Positions 46,048-55,742 of a stretch of DNA of 64,000 nucleotides are shown here, one piece after another. The stretch spans positions 186,001 through 250,000 of IMG/VR virus record IMGVR_UViG_3300009545_000018; one strand, 5' to 3'. Numbering within the stretch: the first letter of the stretch is position 1; every line of letters begins with the position of its first letter. The notes under the pieces were generated by a model. The model made no database searches and had not been told where the DNA came from. It worked only from the letters and a program-made list of their open reading frames with translations. The position numbers and the translations under genes are program-made.

Positions 46048-46785
46048 GTGTCAGATTCTAGAAAAGCAACTGATGTATTATTATCGATAGAACAAAAATT
46101 AGAAAAATTAATTGAATTATTACAAAATAATAATTTATCCGATAAAATATTATCAAATAAACTTAATACTGTGATAAGTTCATTATCGGAGAAGAAAAAT
46201 TCATCTCCAATATTTACAGCTGAAGCAGTTAATATATCTGTACCTTCAACAGTTCCTGTTGTTGCCGAAGAGGCATTACATATTAATGATACTCCAGCAA
46301 GTAATGGATTTAGCAGAACATCAAGATCAGAAACTTTTGCGGGAGATAATTCTTATTTCAAAAAAATTGACAAGAAAGAAAAGTCTACAAAAATGCCTAT
46401 ACAAATTCCTAAAGGAGATTATGTAGAGGTAATTGTTCCAACACAAACAAATGAAGTTCAACAAACAAAGGTTGTAACATCAACACCTGCGACAAAACTA
46501 AATACTAGTAACGTAGTTTCTGTTGTTCAAAGGGTAGTTGATAAAAATGGAAAATCATTATTTTTAGCTGATGTAGAAATAATTAATAAAGATGATTTGC
46601 AGGTTATTCAAAAATTAAAGACAAATGCTACTGGTAAGTGGATGTGTTCTCTTCCGATAGGACAATATAGTGTTCTTATTAAAAAAAGAGATCATATTAC
46701 AAAGCAAATAGTAGAAATAGGTCAAAATTTAGAAGTTAATGGGAGTTCTAATCCATTGGAGCTTCCAATGGCTATAATTAAATAA
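46048..46785 (+). CDS. Hypothetical protein with C-terminal prealbumin/CarboxypepD-like beta domain
   Basis: GTG start after GGAG; QRVVDKNGKSLFLADVEI...KTNATGKW...PIGQY. Confidence 0.65.
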   Translation: MSDSRKATDVLLSIEQKLEKLIELLQNNNLSDKILSNKLNTVISSLSEKKNSSPIFTAEAVNISVPSTVPVVAEEALHINDTPASNGFSRTSRSETFAGDNSYFKKIDKKEKSTKMPIQIPKGDYVEVIVPTQTNEVQQTKVVTSTPATKLNTSNVVSVVQRVVDKNGKSLFLADVEIINKDDLQVIQKLKTNATGKWMCSLPIGQYSVLIKKRDHITKQIVEIGQNLEVNGSSNPLELPMAIIK

Positions 46786-46830
46786 ATATTCTATATTAAA
46801 TGCTCTGATATATAAAAGTTAGGAAATATC

Positions 46831-47508
46831 ATGAGCAAAGAAAAATTCCAGACTATTGTGGCTGATCCGGCTTGGTCGTTTTTAGATTCTCTTAAAATGT
46901 CAGATGTCGCTCGAGGGGCGCAAGCCAATTACAATACCATGACAATTTCTAGGATTAAAGAGCTGCCTGTTAAACAGGTTTCGGATCCTAATGGAGCCCT
47001 CCTAGTTTTATGGGTTCCTTCTTCTTTACTGCAAGAAGGATTAGATGTTATGAAAAGTTGGGGATTTATTCATAAACAAACTTATATTTGGGTAAAGCAT
47101 AAAAAAGAGCCATTATTATCTTTATTGAAAAAATTTGTTATTCAAGTTAATAATAACGGTTTTAAAAAAACAATATTAGATATTTCTAAATCATTTAATT
47201 TAAATGATACTTTAGCTTTTGGTATGGGTCGTCTATTTAGACAAACTCATGAAATTGCTTTAGTGGGAATTAATAACAAAAATATTTATAAATTATTAAA
47301 AAATAAATCTCAACGATCAGTATCTTTAGATGTAAACATGAAGCATTCTAAAAAACCAGATCATCTCCAAAATTCATTGGAAATTATGTTTCCTGATACC
47401 AATAAATTAGAGCTTTTTGCTAGAAGAAAAAAAGATGGTTGGACTTGTATTGGAAATGAAGTTTGCAATGGAGAGGATATTTTTATATCTCTCTCAAAAT
47501 TATTATAA
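46831..47508 (+). CDS. MT-A70 family N6-adenine methyltransferase
   Basis: TIVADPAW (DPPW-like), LVLWV, FRQTHE, HSKKP, LELFARR...GWTCIGNE. Confidence 0.9.
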   Translation: MSKEKFQTIVADPAWSFLDSLKMSDVARGAQANYNTMTISRIKELPVKQVSDPNGALLVLWVPSSLLQEGLDVMKSWGFIHKQTYIWVKHKKEPLLSLLKKFVIQVNNNGFKKTILDISKSFNLNDTLAFGMGRLFRQTHEIALVGINNKNIYKLLKNKSQRSVSLDVNMKHSKKPDHLQNSLEIMFPDTNKLELFARRKKDGWTCIGNEVCNGEDIFISLSKLL

Positions 47509-47554
47509 ATTATAGACACTTGACTTTTAAATTTTAAGGATTTAACCATATATT

Positions 47555-48067
47555 ATGTCGAGAAAAACTTTATTATTAAGTGCTGGATATGAAGTAATAT
47601 CTTTTATTCCAGAGAGAAAAATGTTTAAGCTTCTTTTTAAGGATAAAGTAGAAGTTGTATCTGCATGGGATATTAATATTAGTTGGGGACCAGATAAAAT
47701 TAAACACCCTTCAATAATAAGATTAAAGAATCCTGTTAAAAGACATTATTATAATTCTAATTTTAGTCGTAAAGCTTTAGTTAAAAGAGATAGATCTACG
47801 TGCCAATATTGTGGCAGAAAGCTTACTGCATCTCAAGTAACTATTGATCACGTTGTACCAAGAGCCCAGGGAGGCATTACTTCTTTCACTAATTGTGTAG
47901 TTTGTTGTCAAATATGTAATAATAAAAAGGCAGATAATACTCCAGATCAAGCAAACATGACTTTGTTAAAAAAACCAACACATCCTTCATTTTCTTCAGC
48001 GTATTATGTGGCAGATCCACAAGATTATTGGCATCAGGATTGGGATGATTTTTTAGGAAGAACTTAA
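47555..48067 (+). CDS. HNH endonuclease
   Basis: RDRSTCQYCG, TIDHVVPRAQGG, NCVVCCQICNNKK. Confidence 0.92.
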   Translation: MSRKTLLLSAGYEVISFIPERKMFKLLFKDKVEVVSAWDINISWGPDKIKHPSIIRLKNPVKRHYYNSNFSRKALVKRDRSTCQYCGRKLTASQVTIDHVVPRAQGGITSFTNCVVCCQICNNKKADNTPDQANMTLLKKPTHPSFSSAYYVADPQDYWHQDWDDFLGRT

Positions 48068-48197
48068 TGTAACTTATTAATAATAAACGAATATTTATAA
48101 TATTTTAATGAATACAGTTTAATTTAATGAATTAATGTCTTAATATCATTCAATATTTACGAATACTAATTAGTCTCTTTGATATATAGGACTGATC

Positions 48198-48425
48198 ATG
48201 AGCCAAGAAAGCTGTAACTGTATAGTATGTGCTAATGAATTTAATGTAGATGAACTAGAGAGCATTGCTGCGTCTAGTTATTTTAAGATTTGTCAATCTT
48301 GCCTTAATAAATCTGATCCTACTGATGATTATCGTCAAGCACGTGAAATTGTAGAAGCTTATTTTTCTGATCCAAAAAAGCTATTTAAAGAGGCTCAATT
48401 AATTCTTGATACTTTGAAAAAATAA
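48198..48425 (+). CDS. Small Zn-finger protein
   Basis: CIVC ... CQSC. Confidence 0.7.
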   Translation: MSQESCNCIVCANEFNVDELESIAASSYFKICQSCLNKSDPTDDYRQAREIVEAYFSDPKKLFKEAQLILDTLKK

Positions 48426-48574
48426 TTATAATAAATCTATTATAATAACATACTCTTCTTCATCTAATTCTTCTTCATGTTTTATAGGATAATAAATATC
48501 TTCTATATATAATGGAATTTGTTTAAATTCTTCATCTTTATTTTTTCGTAAATGAATGGATAGATTGGAAGCAT
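48426..48574 (-). pseudogene. Small ORF apparently broken by a 1-nt shift in an A6 run
   Basis: MLPIYPFIYEK in one frame, NKDEEFKQIPLYIED...IIIDLL* in another; span 149 nt. Confidence 0.35.
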
Positions 48575-48602
48575 ATTATTAATATTCTAATATTAATAAG
48601 TT

Positions 48603-48809
48603 ATGCTATGTATTGGTTGTAGAAAATTAGTTTTTCAATATACAAATAAAAATTGTTTACGTTGTCATGGATCTGTAAATAATTCCATTTACACAATTTG
48701 TGAAAATTGTTCGTTAACTTCTAAACAGTGTGCTGCTTGTTTAAAAAAAATTCAAAATTCAGCCTCGATAAAACATTATTTTGCTGGTTGCAATGCTTGT
48801 AAACGATAA
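48603..48809 (+). CDS. Cys-rich small protein
   Basis: CxxC x4 plus a terminal CNAC. Confidence 0.7.
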   Translation: MLCIGCRKLVFQYTNKNCLRCHGSVNNSIYTICENCSLTSKQCAACLKKIQNSASIKHYFAGCNACKR

Positions 48810-48836
48810 AAATAAGGTGTGATATATAAATATTGT

Positions 48837-49367
48837 ATGATTATTACGAATAATGAAGCCGCCCTACGTGTAAAATGTAAAGATGTTTTACCTGAGGAAG
48901 CGGGAGAATTAATTGATCTTTTAGAAAGAGAATTAACTAATGCTAATCGTTTAGGTAAAAGTGGTATTGGTTTAGCTGCACCACAAATAGGTATAGCTAA
49001 AAAAATTGCTATAATTAGATTAGGTAATAAAGATTTAAATATTAATTTAGTTAATCCAATCATTAATAATGCTTATGATTCTAGAATTTTTAGACAAGAG
49101 GGATGTTTATCTTTTCCGGGTAGGGTAGAAGACACTACTAGATTTAATGAAATTCATATGACTAATAATTATATTTATCCTCAAAATTTAATTATAACAG
49201 GATTATTATCTGTAGTTTGTCAACATGAAATTGATCATTTAAATGAATCATTGTTTATGGATCATATTTTACCACAGAATAAAAAAAATAAGGTAGGACC
49301 AAATGATCAATGTATTTGTGGGTCAGGTAAAAAGTATAAGAAATGTTGTCGAGGATTAAATGAATAA
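48837..49367 (+). CDS. def: Peptide deformylase with C-terminal SEC-C motif
   Basis: GIGLAAPQIG, EGCLS, QHEIDH; KVGPNDQCICGSGKKYKKCC. Confidence 0.93.
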   Translation: MIITNNEAALRVKCKDVLPEEAGELIDLLERELTNANRLGKSGIGLAAPQIGIAKKIAIIRLGNKDLNINLVNPIINNAYDSRIFRQEGCLSFPGRVEDTTRFNEIHMTNNYIYPQNLIITGLLSVVCQHEIDHLNESLFMDHILPQNKKNKVGPNDQCICGSGKKYKKCCRGLNE

Positions 49368-49602
49368 ATCAGATATTACTAGCGATGTTTTAATCGCTGA
49401 TGCTTTATTAAGAGTACAAGCATTACAAAATCTTCTTATTAAAAAGGGTCTTATTTCGAATGATGAGTTTCAAGAAGAAATAAAATTAGTGTCTCGCACC
49501 ATTCTTAAATCAGTTTTAGAAAAAGCAAATGTAACTGATAATCTAGATCGTTTAATTGAGGACTTAGAAAATATAAATAATAAAAAATCTACAGATAATT
49601 AA
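49360..49602 (+). CDS. Hypothetical protein
   Basis: GAGG SD; LLIKKGLIS. Confidence 0.65.
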   Translation: MNKSDITSDVLIADALLRVQALQNLLIKKGLISNDEFQEEIKLVSRTILKSVLEKANVTDNLDRLIEDLENINNKKSTDN

Positions 49603-49910
49603 TGTTGTTTTTAACATCAGAAGATGAATTAATTTTACAAGAAAAATTACAAGTATTGTATTTTTATGCATCATGGATGCCTTATCATAAAAAAATGCAA
49701 ACTATGATTTTTAAGGTAGCAAAAAAATATCCAGATATAGATTTTTTTGCTATAGATGTGGATTATTTTAAATCCTTTATTAAAAGATTCTCAGTAGAGT
49801 CAATCCCAACTGTTTTGATATTAAATAATGGAAAAGAAATAAAAAGAATAAATGGATTAGTTTTAACTTCAGCTTTCAAGAGCGCTTTTGCTGATATATG
49901 TAAAAATTAA
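49602..49910 (+). CDS. Thioredoxin-fold protein lacking CxxC
   Basis: LYFYASWMPYH, AIDVD, VESIPTVLILNNGKEI. Confidence 0.75.
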   Translation: MLFLTSEDELILQEKLQVLYFYASWMPYHKKMQTMIFKVAKKYPDIDFFAIDVDYFKSFIKRFSVESIPTVLILNNGKEIKRINGLVLTSAFKSAFADICKN

Positions 49911-49932
49911 TACCATTGTACTAGGAGATTTT

Positions 49933-50202
49933 ATGGAAGTTAAGGAATCAAAATCTGAAAAAAACAAAACTGTTGCAGCCAAAATTTGGGAAGAAATTAA
50001 AGATAAACAAATAAATATGTTTGCTTTACCCAATCAAACAATAAGTAATTATTGTACTCCTACTGCTATAGAGCCTAGTAAATGTTATTTAACATATACA
50101 GTTACTGCACTTTTACCAGCCTTAGAGGCTTCTTTAGGTGATAAGTATAAGGTTGAAATGGCTGGTAGATTTTTAACCGTTTCTTATGCCAATTCAATAT
50201 AA
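49933..50202 (+). CDS. Hypothetical protein
   Basis: AGGAG SD before ATG 49933. Confidence 0.7.
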   Translation: MEVKESKSEKNKTVAAKIWEEIKDKQINMFALPNQTISNYCTPTAIEPSKCYLTYTVTALLPALEASLGDKYKVEMAGRFLTVSYANSI

Positions 50203-50211
50203 AGGATTATT

Positions 50212-50664
50212 ATGCCATTTGATGAAGAGGATGAGGAAGTTATAACTCCCAAAAAATCTGGATTAAAAAAAATTAGCTCTCAAAAATCTATTTTTGAAGG
50301 AATGGCTAAAAAGCCTAATCAGAAAGACTTTGAAAAACAAGTAAAAAATAGTCAAGAAAAATTATCAGGATATAAGGCTGAAGCGGCTGAATTATCTAAA
50401 AAATATATTGGACTTTTACAAGATAAAACTTTAAAACAAAATAAAAGTTTATTTACTCGTCAAATGGAGCAAGAGTTAATTGCTGCTATGATTCAACTAG
50501 CAGTGACTATTAATAATGATCCTGATGAGCAAGAAGGTATGGGATCATTAAGTTGGATTACATTATTATTAAAAGTTTGTTTATCTCAAAATATGAAAAT
50601 AAATGAATTAGAATATAAAGTTTCTAAATTAGAGTCATTTGACAATGTTAAGCATAATGGATAA
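50212..50664 (+). CDS. Hypothetical protein
   Basis: AAGGA SD; 150 aa. Confidence 0.7.
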   Translation: MPFDEEDEEVITPKKSGLKKISSQKSIFEGMAKKPNQKDFEKQVKNSQEKLSGYKAEAAELSKKYIGLLQDKTLKQNKSLFTRQMEQELIAAMIQLAVTINNDPDEQEGMGSLSWITLLLKVCLSQNMKINELEYKVSKLESFDNVKHNG

Positions 50665-50670
50665 ATTATT

Positions 50671-50850
50671 ATGATATCTAAGCAGATGTTATTATCCCTT
50701 ATAGCTGAAGAAAAAGAAAATTATAGTAAATATTCTCAATCATGCGCGAATTATCAAACAGTGGAAGATCCGATAGTGAATGCCAGACATCTTGGGAGGA
50801 TGGAGGTTTTATTGAAACTTTTACAGGAAAAGAGTTTTATCAAAACCTAA
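50671..50850 (+). CDS. Small hypothetical protein (59 aa, absent from ORF track), overlapping the next gene
   Basis: MISKQMLLSLIAEEKENYSKY...KSFIKT fills the gap after 50664. Confidence 0.45.
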   Translation: MISKQMLLSLIAEEKENYSKYSQSCANYQTVEDPIVNARHLGRMEVLLKLLQEKSFIKT

Positions 50851-51377
50851 TCAATCAAGCCAGTCACGTTGCACTTTCTCAAGTTCTTAAATTATACAAT
50901 ATAAAAATTATTACTGGTAGTAATAAAATTACTTGCCCTCTTAAAAACCATAAAGGGGGAAAAGAGCGCACACCTTCTTTTCAAATATTTTTACATACTA
51001 ATACTTTTTATTGTTATGGTTGTGCCTCACATGGGAATAGCGTAGATTTTGTATCTAAAATGGATGGTATATCTAAAATTAATGCCGCCCAAAAAATATT
51101 ATCTTTATTTCAAATAAATTATGACGAGTCTTCAGTTTTAAACAACCAAGATTTAGATGTTAGATTGGATTTGGTAATAAAATTTTCTGAATCTGTTAGA
51201 AAATTTCGACATACTCATTTTGATAAAAATTCAGAAGTATTTATTGAAAAAATTTGTGAGGTATATGATCAGGTATATAATAAACACAAATTATATAATG
51301 ATAATGAAAGTTTAGAATCAGCTATAGATAAATTTATTTATATAATTAACTCATATACACCATGCTACAAACTATAA
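50742..51377 (+). CDS. Stand-alone CHC2 zinc finger (DnaG primase N-terminal-like)
   Basis: CPLKNH...ERTPSF...FYCYGC..HGNSVDFV; no TOPRIM domain. Confidence 0.82.
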   Translation: MRELSNSGRSDSECQTSWEDGGFIETFTGKEFYQNLINQASHVALSQVLKLYNIKIITGSNKITCPLKNHKGGKERTPSFQIFLHTNTFYCYGCASHGNSVDFVSKMDGISKINAAQKILSLFQINYDESSVLNNQDLDVRLDLVIKFSESVRKFRHTHFDKNSEVFIEKICEVYDQVYNKHKLYNDNESLESAIDKFIYIINSYTPCYKL

Positions 51378-52561
51378 TTTTAGGCGATATTCATCTCGGT
51401 AAGGGATTGTCATATGGCAAAACATCTTTAGGATCTATTGTTAATAGTAGAGTAACTGATCAGTCTAATTTATTAGATTGGACATTAGAGCAGGCTATTA
51501 CTAATAATGTTGATGATATTATTATTACTGGAGATGTATTTGAAGATCCAAAGCCACACCCAACACTTATTGCTATATTTTTTTCTTGGCTTAAAAAATG
51601 TGAAATTAACAATGTTTTCGTACATATTATTTTAGGTAATCATGATATGTTGCGAAGTGGTTCAATGTTTACGTCTTGTTTGGATGTTGTTAGTGAAGCA
51701 GATCTTTCAAACGTAACTGTTTATAAAAATATAAATACTATATTTATAGGAACAACGGCATTTACTTTAATGCCATTTAGAGATAGAAAATCTTTTAGCA
51801 CTAATTCTAATGCTGAAGCTATGAGTCTTCTGAAGGACTCATTGGTTTATGAGTTGGCAGGAATACCTACTACTTATAAAAAAGTAATAATTGGACACTT
51901 AGCAATTGAAGGTTCTATTCCTGTTGGTGATGAAATTGATGATGTATCTAATGAACTTTTTTGTCCTTTAAATATGTTTGAAGGTTATGATTTTGTTTGG
52001 ATGGGGCATGTTCATAAACCACAAGTAATGCAAAAGAAATCTCCTTATATTGCACATATTGGCAGTATGGATATTTCTAATTTTGGAGAAACAGATCATA
52101 GTAAGAATATTATAATCTTTGATTGTGTATCACAAGATAGTAATTTTAATAATATTGAAATACCAACTAGACCACTAAAAAAAATCACAGTTACAGTACC
52201 TAAAGATACTTTAGATCCAACACAATATGTTTTAGATGAAATTAAAAATAGTGGAGATGATTTTGATAAATCAATAGTAAAAGTAGAGGTGTCATTAGCT
52301 GATTCTGATTTAGAATCAATTAATAAATCTAAGATTGAAAAATCTCTTTTAGATCTTGGCGTATTTAATATTTCATCTATTTCTCAATCAAAAAAAGTAT
52401 CTGTAATAAAAAGAGATATATCAAACAATATTGATACTAAAATGGATGTTAATACAGCCATTAAAGCTTATGCTGAAAAATATATTAGTTCAGATAAAAA
52501 AAGTGCTTTTATAGATTTATCTATGCGTCTTGTAAAAAAATATAAGGATTCAGAAAAGTGA
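51362..52561 (+). CDS. sbcD: SbcD/Mre11 nuclease
   Basis: GDIHLG, TGDVFE, LGNHD, GHL, MGHVHKPQ, HIGSM. Confidence 0.92.
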   Translation: MLQTIILGDIHLGKGLSYGKTSLGSIVNSRVTDQSNLLDWTLEQAITNNVDDIIITGDVFEDPKPHPTLIAIFFSWLKKCEINNVFVHIILGNHDMLRSGSMFTSCLDVVSEADLSNVTVYKNINTIFIGTTAFTLMPFRDRKSFSTNSNAEAMSLLKDSLVYELAGIPTTYKKVIIGHLAIEGSIPVGDEIDDVSNELFCPLNMFEGYDFVWMGHVHKPQVMQKKSPYIAHIGSMDISNFGETDHSKNIIIFDCVSQDSNFNNIEIPTRPLKKITVTVPKDTLDPTQYVLDEIKNSGDDFDKSIVKVEVSLADSDLESINKSKIEKSLLDLGVFNISSISQSKKVSVIKRDISNNIDTKMDVNTAIKAYAEKYISSDKKSAFIDLSMRLVKKYKDSEK

Positions 52562-54792
52562 AACCGCTTAGATTATATATAGAAAACTTTATGTGCCATG
52601 GCTCTAGTTTTATAGATTTTAGAGAATTTAATTCTGCTCTTATTGTAGGTAAAGTAGATAATAATGAATTATATTCAAATGGTGTTGGGAAAACAACTAT
52701 TTTTAAAGCCATAGAATATGTGTTATTTAACCAAGCCGATGTTAATTTAGAAAAAATAATTAGAGATGGTTGTGATAGTTGTTGTGTTACATTAGATTTT
52801 ATGGTAAATAATGTAGAGTATAGAATATCTAGAAGACGCACAAGAAAAAGTACAGACTTTTCTCTATATGAAAGAACGCCCGAAATTGGCGTAGAAACTG
52901 ATGTATATCATCAACTAATTGATAACTCTAATGTAATTTATAAGCCTTTATCTATTGATAAAGATAATAAATTTTGGAAAGATAAATCTGGAAGCAGGGC
53001 ATCTGATACAGAAAAAGATGTTGATAAATTAATTAAAGTTAATTATAAATCTTTTAGAAGCACTATTCATTTTATACAAAATGATTTTGGTGGATTAGCT
53101 ACAGCAACACCTGAAAAAAGAAAAGGTATTTTAAAAGATGCTTTAAATATTATAGTTTATTCTAAGTTAGAAAAATTAGCAAAAGAAGAATATTCTATTT
53201 TATCAAAAGAAATTGATAAATCTAAAATAATTATAGATACGTTAGGCACGCCTCTTAAAGATATAAAATTGCTTGAAAATCAAATTATAAGTTTGGATGA
53301 TTTGATTGCGCAAAAAACCGAATCATTGAATGAAGTACAATTTGAAATAGATAATTTAAATAAACAAATAAATAATCAAACAAATGTTCTTTCTAATTTA
53401 GAATCTAAATTTTCAAATCTTCTTTTAAAAAGAAAGACTTTAGAATCTGAAAAATCAAAATTAGAAATTTCTGTAAAAGAATATACTTCTAAAAAAAATA
53501 ATGCAATAAATGCGGCAAATGATCTTATTAAAGAGATTAACATTCTTAAGGAACAACAATCTAAATTAATTGAAATAGATTTTTCACAGATTGATATTTT
53601 AACAGATTTATTAACAAATAAAAAACATAAAATAACAGAATTGAATTTAATTATTCAACAATCATTAGCCAAATGTGAAGAGTTGAAAGTTCCATTACCA
53701 AATGATAGTATTTGTAAACATTGTCGTCAAATATTAACCGAAAAACACAAAATAGAGTGTCAAAAGCAAATAAATAATGAATTAGATTTAACAAATATTT
53801 TAATAAAAAACTCTCAAAAAGAAATACAACAAATTAATATAGATGTTCAAAAAGATCAACAAACTATTAATTCATTAAATTTATCTAAAAAGCAATTAGA
53901 AAATATCAATACTAATATTTCTTCTAAAAATAAAGAAATACAAGATAAAAAAGTACTTTATAATGAATACTTAGAGTTGCTTAATAAATTTATTTCTGAA
54001 TTAGCAGAAAAAAATGAAGAAATAATAAAATCTGAAGAAGAGTTAAAAAAATCTTCTATGAACGAAGCTGCTATAGTAAAAAATATAATATCAAATCTAA
54101 AAGTAAAACTTACTGAGACTAATAGTAACATTAATTCTCTATCTAAAGAGATAACTCAAGCCACTAGCAGTAAGGCTATTATTCTACATAATGTAGAACA
54201 AAAAAACAAAGATTCTTTAAAGATTAAAGAAATTCAATCTGAACTTTATAAACTTCAACAAGAATCAGAAATGTATCCTGAAGTAATACAAGCATTTTCT
54301 ACTACTGGAATACCTAATCTTATAATTCAAAATGTTTTAGATGATTTACAAATAGAAGCTAATAATTTATTAGCTCAATTAAAGCCAGGACTTCAATTAT
54401 CTTTCTTTGTTGAAAAAACAGTAGAGAAAACCAAAGATGTAACAGATACTTTAGAAATTAATTATCATATTAATGGTAAAGAGCGATATTATGAGCAACT
54501 TTCTGGAGCCCAAAAAATAGCTATTACTTTTAGCTTAAAATTGGGTCTTTCATTTTTGTTACAAAAAATAATTGGTACAGATATTAAATTTTTAATGTTA
54601 GATGAAATAGATCAATCTTTAGATAAAGCAAGCGTTGATGCTTTCGCAGATATTGTAAAGTTTTTTCAAAAAGATTTTACAATATTAGTTATTACTCATA
54701 ATGATAGATTAAAAGATAAATTTTTGCATGCCATTCTCGTTGAACAAGATATAAATATGGTATCAAGCGCGTCGGTGGTTTCATCTTGGTAA
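52558..54792 (+). CDS. sbcC: SbcC/Rad50 ATPase
   Basis: NGVGKTT, coiled coil with CKHC hook, LSGAQK, LMLDE, LVITH. Confidence 0.93.
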   Translation: MKPLRLYIENFMCHGSSFIDFREFNSALIVGKVDNNELYSNGVGKTTIFKAIEYVLFNQADVNLEKIIRDGCDSCCVTLDFMVNNVEYRISRRRTRKSTDFSLYERTPEIGVETDVYHQLIDNSNVIYKPLSIDKDNKFWKDKSGSRASDTEKDVDKLIKVNYKSFRSTIHFIQNDFGGLATATPEKRKGILKDALNIIVYSKLEKLAKEEYSILSKEIDKSKIIIDTLGTPLKDIKLLENQIISLDDLIAQKTESLNEVQFEIDNLNKQINNQTNVLSNLESKFSNLLLKRKTLESEKSKLEISVKEYTSKKNNAINAANDLIKEINILKEQQSKLIEIDFSQIDILTDLLTNKKHKITELNLIIQQSLAKCEELKVPLPNDSICKHCRQILTEKHKIECQKQINNELDLTNILIKNSQKEIQQINIDVQKDQQTINSLNLSKKQLENINTNISSKNKEIQDKKVLYNEYLELLNKFISELAEKNEEIIKSEEELKKSSMNEAAIVKNIISNLKVKLTETNSNINSLSKEITQATSSKAIILHNVEQKNKDSLKIKEIQSELYKLQQESEMYPEVIQAFSTTGIPNLIIQNVLDDLQIEANNLLAQLKPGLQLSFFVEKTVEKTKDVTDTLEINYHINGKERYYEQLSGAQKIAITFSLKLGLSFLLQKIIGTDIKFLMLDEIDQSLDKASVDAFADIVKFFQKDFTILVITHNDRLKDKFLHAILVEQDINMVSSASVVSSW

Positions 54793-54802
54793 GGAATATT
54801 TT

Positions 54803-55399
54803 ATGATTAAAATAGCTATTTCTGGTAAGGCGAATTCAGGAAAAAATACTTTATCTAAATTGTTAATAAAAGAAATTCAAAGAAGAGATCCTAATTTTGA
54901 TTATTACGTGCAGCAAATAGCTTTTGCTGATCCTATAAAAAAAATTGTTAAAACAATGTTTCCAAATGTGAAGAAAAAACATTTGTTTGGTTCTTCAAAG
55001 TTTAGAAATGAAATAATACCTAATGCTTATAAAAATGGAATACCTTTAACAATAAGACAAGCCCTTATTGATATTGGAACTTCTGCTAGAGAATATAATG
55101 ATAATATTTGGATTGATCATTTAAAAGAAACACTTTTATTTGATTCAAATTATGAAATTGAAGGTTCAATATTTATAGTTCCTGATTTAAGATTTAAAAA
55201 TGAATTTGATTTTTTAAAAGAGCTAAAATTCTTTTTTGTTAGAATTAACAGAAAAGAATCGCAATTGATTGATCATGTTAGTGAATCATTACAAGACCAA
55301 ATAACAGATTCAAATTTTGATTATGTAATATCTAATAATGGATCATTAAATGATTTAAAAAATGAAGCTTTTAATGTAGTAAATAAATTAAATAAATAA
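54803..55399 (+). CDS. Deoxynucleoside monophosphate kinase (T4 gp1-like)
   Basis: ISGKANSGKNT, AFADPIK, RQALIDIG, PDLRFKNE, HVSE, NNGSL. Confidence 0.88.
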   Translation: MIKIAISGKANSGKNTLSKLLIKEIQRRDPNFDYYVQQIAFADPIKKIVKTMFPNVKKKHLFGSSKFRNEIIPNAYKNGIPLTIRQALIDIGTSAREYNDNIWIDHLKETLLFDSNYEIEGSIFIVPDLRFKNEFDFLKELKFFFVRINRKESQLIDHVSESLQDQITDSNFDYVISNNGSLNDLKNEAFNVVNKLNK

Positions 55400-55424
55400 T
55401 AAGTATAATTTGGCATATCAATAA

Positions 55425-55742
55425 ATGTCAGATGTAGATATTTTAAAGTCACAGTTTGTTGTTAAATACCATGAAATGGGTCCCTATAAATTCTATAGGT
55501 TCCTGATGGTTTATGCTTTAAATAAACTTATTTTGATAGAAAAAGATGATTATAAAGGTATTTTACCTAATTTAGAATTTATAGAATACCATGATAAGTT
55601 CATAATTTTGTATAGGAGAGAAGGCGAAGATGTTTACTTAGAATTAGCTAAGCTATTCAGAAAAATCGCTCATAAAATATATAGAGTTATGTTGAAGAAA
55701 AAAATGACTCCTCCTAGCACAAAATTTTTAACATTGGTTTAA
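55425..55742 (+). CDS. Hypothetical protein
   Basis: 105 aa. Confidence 0.7.
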   Translation: MSDVDILKSQFVVKYHEMGPYKFYRFLMVYALNKLILIEKDDYKGILPNLEFIEYHDKFIILYRREGEDVYLELAKLFRKIAHKIYRVMLKKKMTPPSTKFLTLV

